Origin: Catajapyx aquilonaris | Taxonomy: Eukaryota | Assembly: GCA_000934665.2 (NCBI GenBank) | Contig: KZ537970.1 | Location: 62,001-126,000, forward strand | Reading direction: 5' to 3' | DNA: 64,000 nt | Part shown: one piece after another, positions 1 to 10,691 of the stretch | How the letters are laid out: every line of letters starts with the position of its first letter | Numbering within the stretch: the first letter of the stretch is position 1 | The notes under the pieces: generated by a model | Databases searched by the model: none | What the model was told of the DNA's origin: nothing | Seen by the model: only the letters and a program-made list of their open reading frames with translations | Program-made: the position numbers and the translations under genes

Positions 1-291
1 CTATGACGCCGAAATTCTTCTCGGGGCTTCGATTTGCCAACCAGTAATAGCTCTCTTCGGCGCCACTGGTTGAAGATGAGGGTGTGGAAAGAAAAAAAAA
101 GAAGAAGATGGGGGTGGAGGAGTGGGTTTGGGGGAATGCGGGCTCTTCCCTATTTGGGCTGTTGTGCAAAAATTTTTGGGGTTAAGTTGAGGGAGTCGCG
201 TGCGCAAGCTCAATCTTAAAAGTGCTCTGCTATCGGACTGGTGCTAGTACCTTACAGTGATAGCGGGTTATAGTCCATAAGCTCTACAATC

Positions 292-294
292 ATG
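292..294 (+). CDS. TpnC: TnC coding exon 1 (ATG only)
   Basis: caatcATG|gtaagt: A at -3 and a consensus donor. Confidence 0.85.
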
Positions 295-1958
295 GTAAGT
301 GAGTGAGATACAGGGCATGATGGTATGCCACGTACTACATTTGCGGGTTCTTTTCAGTCGGACGGTATTGTTGAAGAAGGAAGCGAGCAGGTCAAGAGTA
401 AGTAGAAGTGTGAGTTTATACGGTGAATGGTGATTAGTGACGGGTCGATTATTATGCAGTGCTGAGGAGGGTCTTCTCCATGTTCGACTCGGGGAAATGC
501 GGCAGCATAGAGAAGGCAAAAGTGAGGACAATCCTGACCACGTTGGGTCACCATTTCAACGGTGTCGAGCTGGAAGCACTTCTCAGCCAGGAAGACTCAG
601 AAGGTACCCAGTGCTGCTCCTGTTTCCAACAAGTGAAATAACTGCATCCCAAATATGGAGTAGTCCGCCGGTTCATTTGCTACGTCGCGAAAGTGAAAAA
701 TGTGACTATTCCGGATGTTCAGAGAACACATGTTTCAGCAATATTTAAAACAAGCCTGAAATATTTTCATTGTGGATACGTTCTGAATGGGTTTCGACAC
801 ATCAGCTGGACTTTCTATTTAAGTGTTTCCTGGAAACTCCCACTTTGTATTGCCCAAGCGTTCAGCAATTCAGCAGGAGGACAGGGTAAGGATTTATGGA
901 CTGTTTAACCCAGCATCCGGTTTAAGCATAAGAAACTCGTTGAATGCACCAATTAAGACCGCATTCCATGGTACTGACTGTTGCTTTGCTTTAAACTCGT
1001 TGCTGGAGCGGACAATCCGAACCCTTCCTGCCATCTGAACTGGAAACGTGACACTGCTCTATAAGTACAAATACTTTGTGCGCAACATATTGAAGTCGCA
1101 GAATTGTCGCTCTCTAAGTGCAATTTTCATTCCGGATATGCCCCAGTATCATAAAAGTGGTCTGAACCACATTTGGGATGCACCTTCTTTATTTTAAAAC
1201 CATCTCATCAACCCTCATTGTTGGTCTATTCTTCCAGGCACCGGCAGGTTAGAATTCGATTCGTTCTGCAGAGTAGCCGGCCATTTCTTAGGCGAGGAAG
1301 ACGAAGAAGCACTCCAGCGTGAACTGAAGGAAGCCTTCCGTCTGTACGACAAAGAAGGTACGTCTACCGTTGCGGAAGAGGCAACCCTCCAGGGTAGTCG
1401 AGTCGGACCCAGGCGCCACAAACCTCCATTTATGTCGCATCCCGAGCATAAAAATAGAGGCTGTTTCCATTCCGGGGGGTGGTGGAGATAGAAGACGGGG
1501 GTATGGTGAGTGTCGCAACCTTAATGGCACTTGCGGGGTGGTTTGCTTTTTATTGCACATGGGTGGTTGGATTTCAGTCGCAAGATGAATCGCGGTTCGG
1601 GATCGATATACGTCGGAAAAAGGGCGGGTATGCTCGGAGTATAGCGCAGCCTCCAACAACCGGCCTATTGATTTGCGGCCGCCGTCTTCTCAGGTGTCGA
1701 CTATTGTCAACAATGGTTCTTTTCATGTCCTGAGCAGGGAACGGCTACATCCCCACTTCCAGTCTGAGGGAGATCCTGGCTGCTTTGGACGACAACCTGA
1801 CTCCGGACCAGCTGGATGAGATGATTGAGGAAATTGACGCCGACGGATCCGGAACCGTTGACTTTGACGGTGAGTCAATGTGTGTTCATCAGAAAGAGTC
1901 ATACGTCTTGATCGTTCCTCCTATTGCAGAGTTCCTGGAGATGATGACGGGGGACTAG
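292..1958 (+). CDS. TpnC: Troponin C, arthropod type (EF-hand calcium-binding protein, 155 aa); join(292-294,358-397,460-603,1238-1357,1738-1869,1930-1958)
   Basis: All five introns are GT-AG and in phase; the joined CDS is 468 nt ending in TAG. It reads [172 protein letters not shown] and [21 protein letters not shown] are characteristic of invertebrate TnC. An intron directly after the ATG is typical of calmodulin/TnC-family genes. Confidence 0.95.
358..397 (+). CDS. TpnC: TnC coding exon 2 ([13 protein letters not shown])
   Basis: ttcttttcag| acceptor and |gtaagt donor; in phase with exon 3. Confidence 0.85.
460..603 (+). CDS. TpnC: TnC coding exon 3 (EF-hand I to start of loop II)
   Basis: ttatgcag| acceptor; [12 protein letters not shown]...EDSEG; donor g|gtaccc. 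Confidence 0.93.
649..658. promoter_or_regulatory. CArG box (candidate SRF site) in TnC intron 3
   Basis: CCAAATATGG matches CC(A/T)6GG exactly, inside a muscle gene. One-mismatch CArG-like sites lie at 148-157 and 1168-1177, and a MEF2-like ATAAAAATAG at 1448-1457. Confidence 0.4.
1238..1357 (+). CDS. TpnC: TnC coding exon 4
   Basis: ttcttccag| acceptor; [39 protein letters not shown]; g|gtacgt donor. Confidence 0.95.
1738..1869 (+). CDS. TpnC: TnC coding exon 5
   Basis: gagcag| acceptor; [43 protein letters not shown]; g|gtgagt donor. Confidence 0.95.
1930..1958 (+). CDS. TpnC: TnC coding exon 6 (EFLEMMTGD*)
   Basis: cctattgcag| acceptor; TAG at 1956-1958. Confidence 0.95.
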
Positions 1959-2014
1959 TACACATCGCAATGCACATCCGGCAACAATCATTCATCGCGC
2001 ACAGTTTGTAACTA

Positions 2015-2020
2015 AATAAA
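2015..2020 (+). promoter_or_regulatory. Polyadenylation signal of TnC
   Basis: AATAAA 56 nt downstream of the stop codon. Confidence 0.7.
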
Positions 2021-2040
2021 GGGGGAGACATCTATTTACG

Positions 2041-2170
2041 TTACACCTGACTTATGCTTGTATGCACGGACTCCGATAATCTCGTCTTGCAGTGGCAACT
2101 TGGCTGGATGTTGGTGGTAGCTGTAGGGGACAGATATTGTTCTGGAGTGCTGTCAAGTACCGGCTTATCG
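2041..2170 (-). CDS. Candidate terminal coding exon of the unidentified minus-strand gene (DKPVLDSTPEQYLSPTATTNIQPSCHCKTRLSESVHTSISQV*)
   Basis: gagtttcag| acceptor at 2173-2171; 42 open codons to TAA at 2043-2041; the phase-2 start is compatible with upstream donors; ends in S-Q-V. Confidence 0.35.
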
Positions 2171-4461
2171 CTGAAACTCGCGATATGCCCGGGTTTTTTT
2201 TTTGCAAACTATTGTGCTGTAAATCGCAAATTTAGTGAGAATCGGAAGGTGAGTACGGCAGATATGGACGCGATTCGGACTCTGCGTCCCAATTAAGTTT
2301 GGAATGTGGCACAGATATGAGAAAATCCGTGGCCAGCAACAGGCACGTAAACAAAATGTCACAGATTGACCTCCAGCTGGGGAAAAAAAGGTCGGACAAT
2401 CGATATTTTGAGGCAGCAAATGGACAGCACAGCATCATGAAGGAGAGAGTTTGAGCTCATCGTCCACCGATGGATTTATTCTGCTCTATTTCTTTGTGTC
2501 AGACACATTGTGCTTGGTCCCCACGAATTTAACTGCAAAGAGCCTCCGAAAATACTTTCTCCTTTAACGCCCCCACCGTCTTCCAAGGTGTTTTGCACCT
2601 CAGGACTATTCTTCTTCGCGACCACAGTGTCATCCTTATTCAGGATTAATACCCCTTCCCAACACTAAAACTTCTAAACTTGTTTCGTATAAATACCAGG
2701 GTAAAGCCGTCTTCCAAACGAATGGATTTGGTCGAGGCTGAATTTCCTGCGGGAAGCCATTTATCTCACACTACTAAGTGGCATTTGTCTCTTGGGAAAT
2801 TATTTTTCGGGCGCTGAGTAGAAAGAATCATTGAATTTCTTCAGATGGGATGACCATTGCTCTGGGGCTTCACTATTAGGTTCATTAGTGGACACTGGTC
2901 GTTTAGCAACGAATAGATGTATGACGTCAGGTGCATTTGATTGCTTCCCATGCTCTAGTTAGTCTAGTACATCCAATATAATGCATACGACGTCATGATC
3001 ATACGCGCTCATACTGTAGCCTATGACATGCATTGTAGGTTGTGCTGATATCCCGCTCTGCAACTCCACAATGTGACATCCGAAGCATTGTCCAGACAGC
3101 CTATTTTCGTTCCCCAGATCAGCAAGATGCTCTGGTACCAGGTCTAAACGTGGGTTCACCAAAATTGGCTAGCTGTTAAATCTAGGGAGCAAGGAACCAA
3201 AAAAAAAGAATGTAACCACACCCTTCTGGAAAAAAGGAACATGCACTCCTGGTGGACATGAAGACTTGGACAGGAAGATTGGGGTTTAGGACACGCATTG
3301 TCGTTGAGTCGACGATGCAATGGATTTCCAATGGAATCGGAAAAGTGCATGCGGAATTCCTCTGGGGGATTTTCCTACAGAGAGTGGCGGTGGTTTGGGA
3401 AAAGACTTGCGATGAGCCCTACCCACTAGGGAGTCACCAAAAGGCCCGCGACTCTACTGATTGGCGAGATAGAGAAAAAGCAAGAAGAGAGGAAGAGTTC
3501 TCCGTGTAATCCCCCAGCACCACAACGAACATTTTCAGGAAATTAAGAGCAGGCCCCGCTTGCCTGATTAGGCTGTTTTCATCCTCCGTCGGAGAGAAAA
3601 CTTTCAATATTCATTACCCCGGGTTAATTTCCCCCCTCCTGTTATACTCCGACGGAAACCTAAACTTATCAATCTCCTGCGGTGCTCTTCAAGTTAGGAA
3701 ACAGAAATAGGGAACGAAATATCTATTCACTTGCCAATTAGTAGGCCTATCTGGCAGTCGAAACATGTGATGTTCATGCAACCCTTGCAGATGGCAAAGT
3801 TAGGCTACTTTACATCGCATAAAAGTGTGTGACGCAATAAAAATTAACCGAAAGAAAAATTAAGCTTCATCGGGTAGAGTAGATCTCATTTCATAATTAG
3901 CCACAAGTATAAAGTTAGGGACACAACACACCACTATTTGCTGCTGAAAGTGACCCATCTGCAAAAGGGTTCAAATAGGATTTGCATGGTAACTCTACAA
4001 TGCAAAGGGCAACAAGATAAATATTCTAGTGCGCAGCAAAATTTGCATTTCACTTTTGGACCTATTTCCAATGCGCACTCCGGGCTCGGAAGGTCCTTCC
4101 TAATGAAAAGCAGGCACCGTCACTGTCAATTTCATTCTTACGAAGTGCTCTCTCGCTTTCCACATATCCAATCGGAATGAATGGGACGAACGGGGGATGA
4201 AGAGGGATTTCATGTCCACCCCGATTCTAACAGTACTGAAGTACCTTTCCAATCATCATTCCCAAATCACTGTGACTAATTAAGTCTGGAGGGGGTGGTG
4301 CTCGGCAAGCAAGGCGGGCCGAGAGTGAGTAAGTGAATCAGTATGTGAGTGTGTATGTATAATGACAGATATCTAAAATGGGCATGTCTGTTACGTGCTC
4401 TTCATTCTACCCTACTCATGGCAGATTTGTTAGAGAGCATTCCGAGAGGAGCTTACAGTAC

Positions 4462-4506
4462 CTGACTGTGGCTCCTAATACTACTTGTACTTGTACTACT
4501 GCGGGC
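4462..4506 (-). CDS. Coding exon of the unidentified minus-strand gene (ARSSTSTSSIRSHSQ)
   Basis: Strong acceptor ctctgtctcctttctttcag|; 45 nt in phase 0 with exon 7795-7709. Donors are cag|gtactg (4462) or ct|gtaagc (4457). Unspliced read-through gives ...SHSQVL* (TAA 4455-4453). Confidence 0.6.
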
Positions 4507-4613
4507 CTGAAAGAAAGGAGACAGAGTCACTGGTAAGGCGACAGACAGACAGAAAAGAGGGGGGTGGCGCACCTCTGACCCGCGGGTCACCCAGCTACTC
4601 GGGTCACACTTAC

Positions 4614-4662
4614 CTCGCCGACATTGTGCTGCCCTTGGACTCAGTTATGTAGTAGACTTGAC
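4614..4662 (-). other. Candidate 49-nt cassette exon of the minus-strand gene
   Basis: attcctcag| acceptor and consensus gag|gtaagt donor. Open only in phase 1 (QVYYITESKGSTMSA); in phase 0 it encodes VKSTT*. Confidence 0.4.
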
Positions 4663-5768
4663 CTGAGGAATACTCTGTGCTGGACGAGTGCCAGAATTGA
4701 AATGAATTACTGGGGAAGAAGTCGGACGCCTAATGACGATGAAAATCGCATCTTGGAAATTTTTTACATACTTGGCCCCGACGCTTATTTTGCTTCCCAT
4801 ATTTTTGGACACTCAGTATATATTTTACGACAGCACAAAATATTCTTATGTCTGTGATGTCAGAGGCGCGTACCCGCACAGTCAAGGGAAGAAAAGGCCA
4901 TGGAGGGCCAAGATCAGGAAGAGAAAGAGAAGAGAAAGAAGAAGACTAGCTAGATCATGCGAAGAAGGCAGGGATGCTGGAAGGAGCAGTATGGCGTGAC
5001 GTTTCTCTTCAAGAATAATGTCAGAGCCCTTCCACTTTAAAAACATCCGGACAATAAAGATGCAATCAGCTTTACGGTTCATTTAATCATCATGCTTGTT
5101 ATCGCCCAATCAGCGCAATCTTCCAAATCATCCGCTTGACTTGGAACAAAAAAGTTCAGCTCCCGAATTTGAGTAAACAAGTTCAGGGTGGTCTGCGATT
5201 TTTTTTTCTGAATTATTTAGGAGCAATTTATGAACAGTATTTGAATAGCAAAAAAATGAGATTAATTTTTTTGCATAGTTTCGCATCCTTAAATGCGAAA
5301 AATATTACTCCCGAACCGCGTGACGTCTGGTATAATATGCTAATGTAAGCTGCAGTGACATTCTCGTCAGAAGTTTACAGCCCGTTAAGGGATTAAAATA
5401 ACGTCGAATTAATCAATTTCACCAGCTCGAAATGAACTGCCACGTAGACTGATTGACTCGTGTCAGTCAAGTACGTGTTAGAAGGCAATGGCGACTCCTG
5501 ACACAGACGGATGGAGCCAAGTGGGGCACGTTTAGACAGCTATAGCACTTCGGCCCACTCTTGACGCCTCATCAACCGAGGCAGTGAATTCCGGTCATTT
5601 CCTCTCCATTCTCTTCGGGCTCACAAGAAATTCAACAGGACCACGAAAAAGGTATACCTTTTTCAAGGTTTCTGCACAATGGATTACCGATTCTAAAGCC
5701 AAGAGTGCGGTCTAGAAACGTCACGACATGTGAGTGCAATGGGGGGTTTGGGGTCACATGTAACGTAC

Positions 5769-5808
5769 CTATCTTCTGGAACACAAGGCCAGACGCTTCG
5801 ATCATAGG
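5769..5808 (-). other. Candidate 40-nt cassette exon of the minus-strand gene
   Basis: atttttccaacag| acceptor and tag|gtacgt donor; phase 0 reads PMIEASGLVFQKI. Confidence 0.25.
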
Positions 5809-7708
5809 CTGTTGGAAAAATCAGCAGTTATGGACGACACATTGAGTTTAATACCGTCGCACTTGGAAGAAGTCTCACAATTGGACAAAAACAAGGGCAT
5901 GTATAATTATGTATGTGCTTTCTTACATAAATAACCAAAGAAAAAGTCAATGGGAACGAAAATTTGTCCGTCGACATTAAGTCAGGGTTATTTCCTAATA
6001 TTATCTTCCAAGACATACCATAAAAATTTTATTGCTACCTAACGGAACATTACTGCAGTTCCAGCAGAGCAAAATAACGCATTACAACTCTCGTTCATAT
6101 TCATTTTTCCGCTTTCGGGGCTCATGCCAATCGTCAAAAGTTGTTCGCAAGTGTTATTACATCACGCAAAAAAAATTGGTGTCTAGAGGGGGTCAAGGCC
6201 TAATCATGCACAGCGCAGCAGCCGAGTAAGCAAAGCCTCAACCAACCAACCCACGAGATTGATGGGCATTGTCATCTCTTTTCCTCCGCGCTATGTCCTC
6301 CGCCTCAAAATGAAGAAATTATGATAGTTGGCCCTGCTCCAAATGACTCGGAATTTTCTTCCAGGCTTCAACGCCCATCATTCAGGAGCTTGGAAGACGA
6401 CAATCACTCTTTCACACCAACGTCACATCCTTAAAACCCAGACGAGACCAAACGTTTTCCATATCAAAGCTTCCGGAAAGGTCACCAGGTTGCCACCAGG
6501 TAGTAGAGAAACAATGGGGCTCATTTTCATTTGAAGAAGCCGCCATTGATCCAACATTCATAGGAAGAGTTTGAACTCAAAAGGCGAACTATTTTGCAAT
6601 TTTCTTCTCACTTTTTGGGGGGAGGACGTGCCTGGTGTTTCTTTACAACGCACTTTTCACTTCTTCGTTCGCCTGGAAAGTCGTCTGGAATTTCTCGCCG
6701 CCGCCCTCGGTAATTGGCTTTCTATTGGGACATTTTCCTTCTCTTGAAGCAGGATTCTCTTTCCAGGAAACGTTTCCAACCGACTCCGCCCAAATTAATG
6801 TAGTGGAAACCCAAGATACGGGGGATCTCCCCGGCTCTCAATCAAAAGGAGGTTTCCTTTTGTCGCCAATCAAGTCGACCCAATTAGAAGAGGCAAAAAC
6901 ATACTTCCAAAGAGCAGAAGATGCGTAAAAGAAAAAATACCCAGCCAAGTAAGCAGCACCACCTGTCCAAACTTTAAGTTAAGTCACGAACGGTGCCCCA
7001 TAGGAAGCGAAATGCCAGCTTGATTGAAGTTGAAGCGAGAAAGCAATTTCGAGGAGCGTGAGATGTAACTCTTGAGAATACGGCCCGCCAAAAGACTTTG
7101 CTGAAAAGCTTCCGCATGCACTAACGAGCAGGAAGCAGGGATATGACCAACCTCAGTCTCTGTCTGTTGGCATTGGAAAACAATCGCGTGCGTGCAGTTT
7201 AGTGTTTCTTTTGCTCGCGAAAACAGAGTCGCCTCGCGACAAAGTCAAAAGTGCTCATCACGCATGGGGAAGCAAAATTTCACAGGCTCTTTTTTTATAT
7301 ACGGGAGGTTCCTGACAACCCACAACGTTTTCCAGGAGAAAACACACCATGATTAAAACCGGTTCCATTGCCGCTCAAGGGGGGGTCGACCAGTTTTGTT
7401 TTTGATGAGTCGCGCGAATAAAATTTGAATTAGTCACGAGCTCGGCAAGCAATCTCAGTAATCCACACATTGGCGCTAAACATTTCTAATCATTTGGCAA
7501 TTTCGGAGCGATGCGTCACAATTAAATCGCGACACATTTGGGCTTATTGTAGGGCAATATTCCAAATCTGCAGTCCAGTCGGAAGCCAAAGCGTGGATAT
7601 TTTAATAGCAAACGCCATATTGTTGGTATATACATAGCAGATGTGAAGAGCACACAGGAATTGTTGGGCTCGTCCTTTGTTTATTTTTTTTCCTTGTGGT
7701 TTTCTTAC

Positions 7709-7795
7709 CTTACTTCTCGCCCTCGCAGTGTATTCGTCCTTGGAGGGCTTCCTCCTCTTGTCCTTAAGAATCATACGCGCCGCCGCGAAGGCCAT
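7709..7795 (-). CDS. First coding exon of an unidentified small protein (MAFAAARMILKDKRRKPSKDEYTARARSK); full exon 7817-7709
   Basis: Long pyrimidine tract ending in cag| at 7820-7818; in-frame TGA three codons before the ATG; Kozak-like aagATGG; donor aag|gtaaga at a codon boundary; GC-rich coding-like composition. Confidence 0.65.
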
Positions 7796-10668
7796 CTTAG
7801 ATCAGGCACTTGAGTCACTGACGAACAACAGGGGAAAGAAAGGAAAGCAGTTTCAGGTAGGGAGAAGGGGGAAAGGGTCGCTGGTTATTGCTGGCAGCTT
7901 AAACGCTGCTCCTGAAGGCAGGTCGGGACTGTCTCCTGGTCCCAACCTTGGTCCTCTAGACGAGACGACGAAGCTGATGAAGAGGGAGGACTCGCCACAG
8001 CTAACTGCATGTGGGGGACTTTTCTTCCCAAGACACCCTCTTTATTGCTTTTTGTTGATTATTTTTGCTTGGTTATGCGTTGTGTTGCGTTCAAGCCCCC
8101 TTTTCGGTTGGTTATTATTGCTTCTGTCGGCCGTTGCAGTCCGGGCAGTAGGCCATGTCCTCCCTCCACCTGTAACCGACATCACCCTCACCATCTATTT
8201 TTTTCCAGAGGGGCACTGCCCACCACAGCACACTTTTTGTTGTTGTTGTACAGTATAACCATATTTTCCCGGGAGCAAAAGGCGAGGGCCACCCAGCGCG
8301 AGTCTGGAGCAGGTCCAGGTGCAGCATGGCGTATTCAAAATGCAGAAAGGGTTTCGCTTCAGAGATTCTCGGCGCTTCTCTGGAAACCTGATTTAAACCA
8401 TCAGTGCATGGCTTTCCCCCAGAGAAACACCCCCGTTGCTCTAGTTCAGGTTTGAATTCCAGCGAGTGGAATTGTCTCTAATGTTGGAAGAATCGGTCAT
8501 ATAAAACGCACCTGGTGTAATCTTCAAACACGCTTATATTGTGCAGATCATAACAAAAGGTGGAGATGATTAAAATTTCATAGGTTTTTGCGACAATGAA
8601 GGATTGTAAATTGAGAGGAGAAGATGGGGGGTGTTTTCTAGGTGAATCAATACCGCCTGAAAAGTAAAATGAGTATCTAAGGCTTATTATCATAATTCTG
8701 TAGGGAGAACGGCAGCTCGCAGCTCATTAGTGGGAAAAATTCAGAGTAGAAGACTAATCCTCCAGATCGCTAGGACGGCACTTTTTGGTCCTCTTCACGT
8801 GATGAACGGCCCCAGCAACCAATTCCCTTTATCTATCACTATGATTCCCTGACAGCAAAATCCATTATCTGCGTGACTTACAGAGGGAACGTTTTTTTTC
8901 CACGCACTCCTGCACTCCCCTTGTTTACGCTTACTGAATCGATGCACTCTGCCAAGTCGTAATGATGACAGTGATTCATTTCATTGAAAATTCCAATCTT
9001 AATGTCACCAGATTAGAGTCTACATATTGCGACGGTTCAACCATAAACTCAGATGATACATGGCACTGCGTCCCATGCACAAAATTAATCCTTCACACAG
9101 GTTTCAGGCTAATTGCTGAGAAATTACGCAGGAAGGTTACATAATAGGGAGTTGTTTTTTTTTAAAAAAAGATGAAGGCGTTCCCTCCATTACTGTTAAC
9201 GCAACAAAGTAACGGACATACATTATGTGTCCCGCTCGCAGTGAAGTAGAGAAGTCTATTCGCAGCTGCATGCAGAAAACTAGCAGCCAATTTGCATTTG
9301 AAACGAGTGGTTCTCTTGCAGGCCCACAAACACAAACCGCCGTATTATAATTTTATGTACTCCGGGGAAGTGCCGCTGCCTTAGAAACAGGTCCGAATGA
9401 AGTCAGAAGGTGGATGTAAATTACGCTGCGTCTCCAGAGAGTCTGCCTGCTCTGATATGGACCTATATTCGGTTGGGTACATCCAAGCGGAACTCACGAG
9501 CTTATAAAATAGCAACCGGAACAGAAAAAAATACCTGTTAGCGCCACATAAAAAGTAATGTTTACAGCCAAGGACAGTGTGAATACATGGCTTTTTCTGC
9601 TCAGTTTTAAAATCCGGTTGAAAATGGCCCACTGCAATTATGACGGACCGTGTGACTTGAAGTGGGGCACAGTGGCAGAGTTTTTCAGCCGCAGGAGTCA
9701 ACATTCACGCCACCATTCAAGCAATCATGTGCGTGTGACAAGCACTCGATAAAATGCAGGCGACTGCATTCTCGGCTGGGCGTAAATCCATATTGTGGCA
9801 GATATTTTGTGAAAAATAATATTGGTAAAATTACTGTTTTATTTGGGGAAATGAAATGTTATACTGTAAAATGTTGCGCATTTCCATATTTTGACGTTTT
9901 GACTTTTCGACAAAATGTTGAGACTAGAACAGGCTGCAGCTGACATGTGGCTCTTAGCGCACGCTTATGACGATTGCCAATAACAGGTACGTACTCGTAG
10001 TATAAAATGATAGAAAAGTCGCACGTATGTATTATTGCCTGTATTTAAACGTCATTGAGTATGCATCTAAAGGTAAACTGACTGTTGTTACATACTAAAG
10101 TGTATTTTATTTTACCTCTATTAGCCTTTACAGCAATATTAATACAGAGGACCCTGGATAGAATGCAAAAAAACGATAATAACTTAAAGAATAATTATGC
10201 AAAGTAGTTCATATGGTGATTCCACTATTCTTAAAAGGTGACGTAGTTATTGACAATGCGCGCAAAATGGGGGCTTCAATATTTCATTGATGGAAGTGAG
10301 GGATAATGAATCTGCGCGCATTAAAAATATTCCCTTGCATGAATACTGATAAACATGCACACATTTAATCAGGAAAGTTGTCATCAGTCAATGTTCATTA
10401 AATCCCAACCAGCCAAATCCATTTCTGATTATGGCCGCATCAGACCGAACCTGTGGTAAACACCTCACTACAACACGCGTGGAAAATTCACTCGTCTAAT
10501 TCTCTCAATATTTTTCTCTCTTTCAAACATACCGCAAAGATGCTCTTAACCGAAGCTTTCATTAGTGGTCTAAATACAGGATGAAATTGCCCCCGAATTT
10601 GCAAATCACTTGCACTACTGCATGCTTTCAGTCAGGCTGGAATTAGGGTAGCGGCATGGAGGGCCTGA

Positions 10669-10691
10669 GGGGGGAGGGGAGGGGAGGGGGG
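10669..10691 (+). other. G-quadruplex-forming motif
   Basis: GGGGGG A GGGG A GGGG A GGGGGG: four G-runs with 1-nt loops. Confidence 0.55.

Noticed and set aside
1694..1737. Alternative acceptors for TnC exon 5 (ttctcag| at 1693; GAGCAG tandem at 1732-1737)
   Set aside because: The upstream site would frameshift to a stop, and the GAG site would insert a residue into loop III. There is no evidence either is used.
2959..3162. Minus-strand ORF VNPRLDLVPEHLADLG... as an internal exon
   Set aside because: Several competing AG and GT sites and no recognisable motif; cannot be supported without RNA data
3585..3656. 10-bp inverted repeat tccgtcggag/ctccgacgga at pre-miRNA spacing
   Set aside because: The interior pairs poorly, so it is not a miRNA-like stem
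7677..8258. 193-aa + strand ORF
   Set aside because: Starts at a non-ATG codon, lies antisense to the better-supported minus-strand exon, is low-complexity and shows no domain
8490..8656. Degenerate Tc2/pogo-like terminal repeats
   Set aside because: Only about 10 of 13 matches and no clear TA duplication
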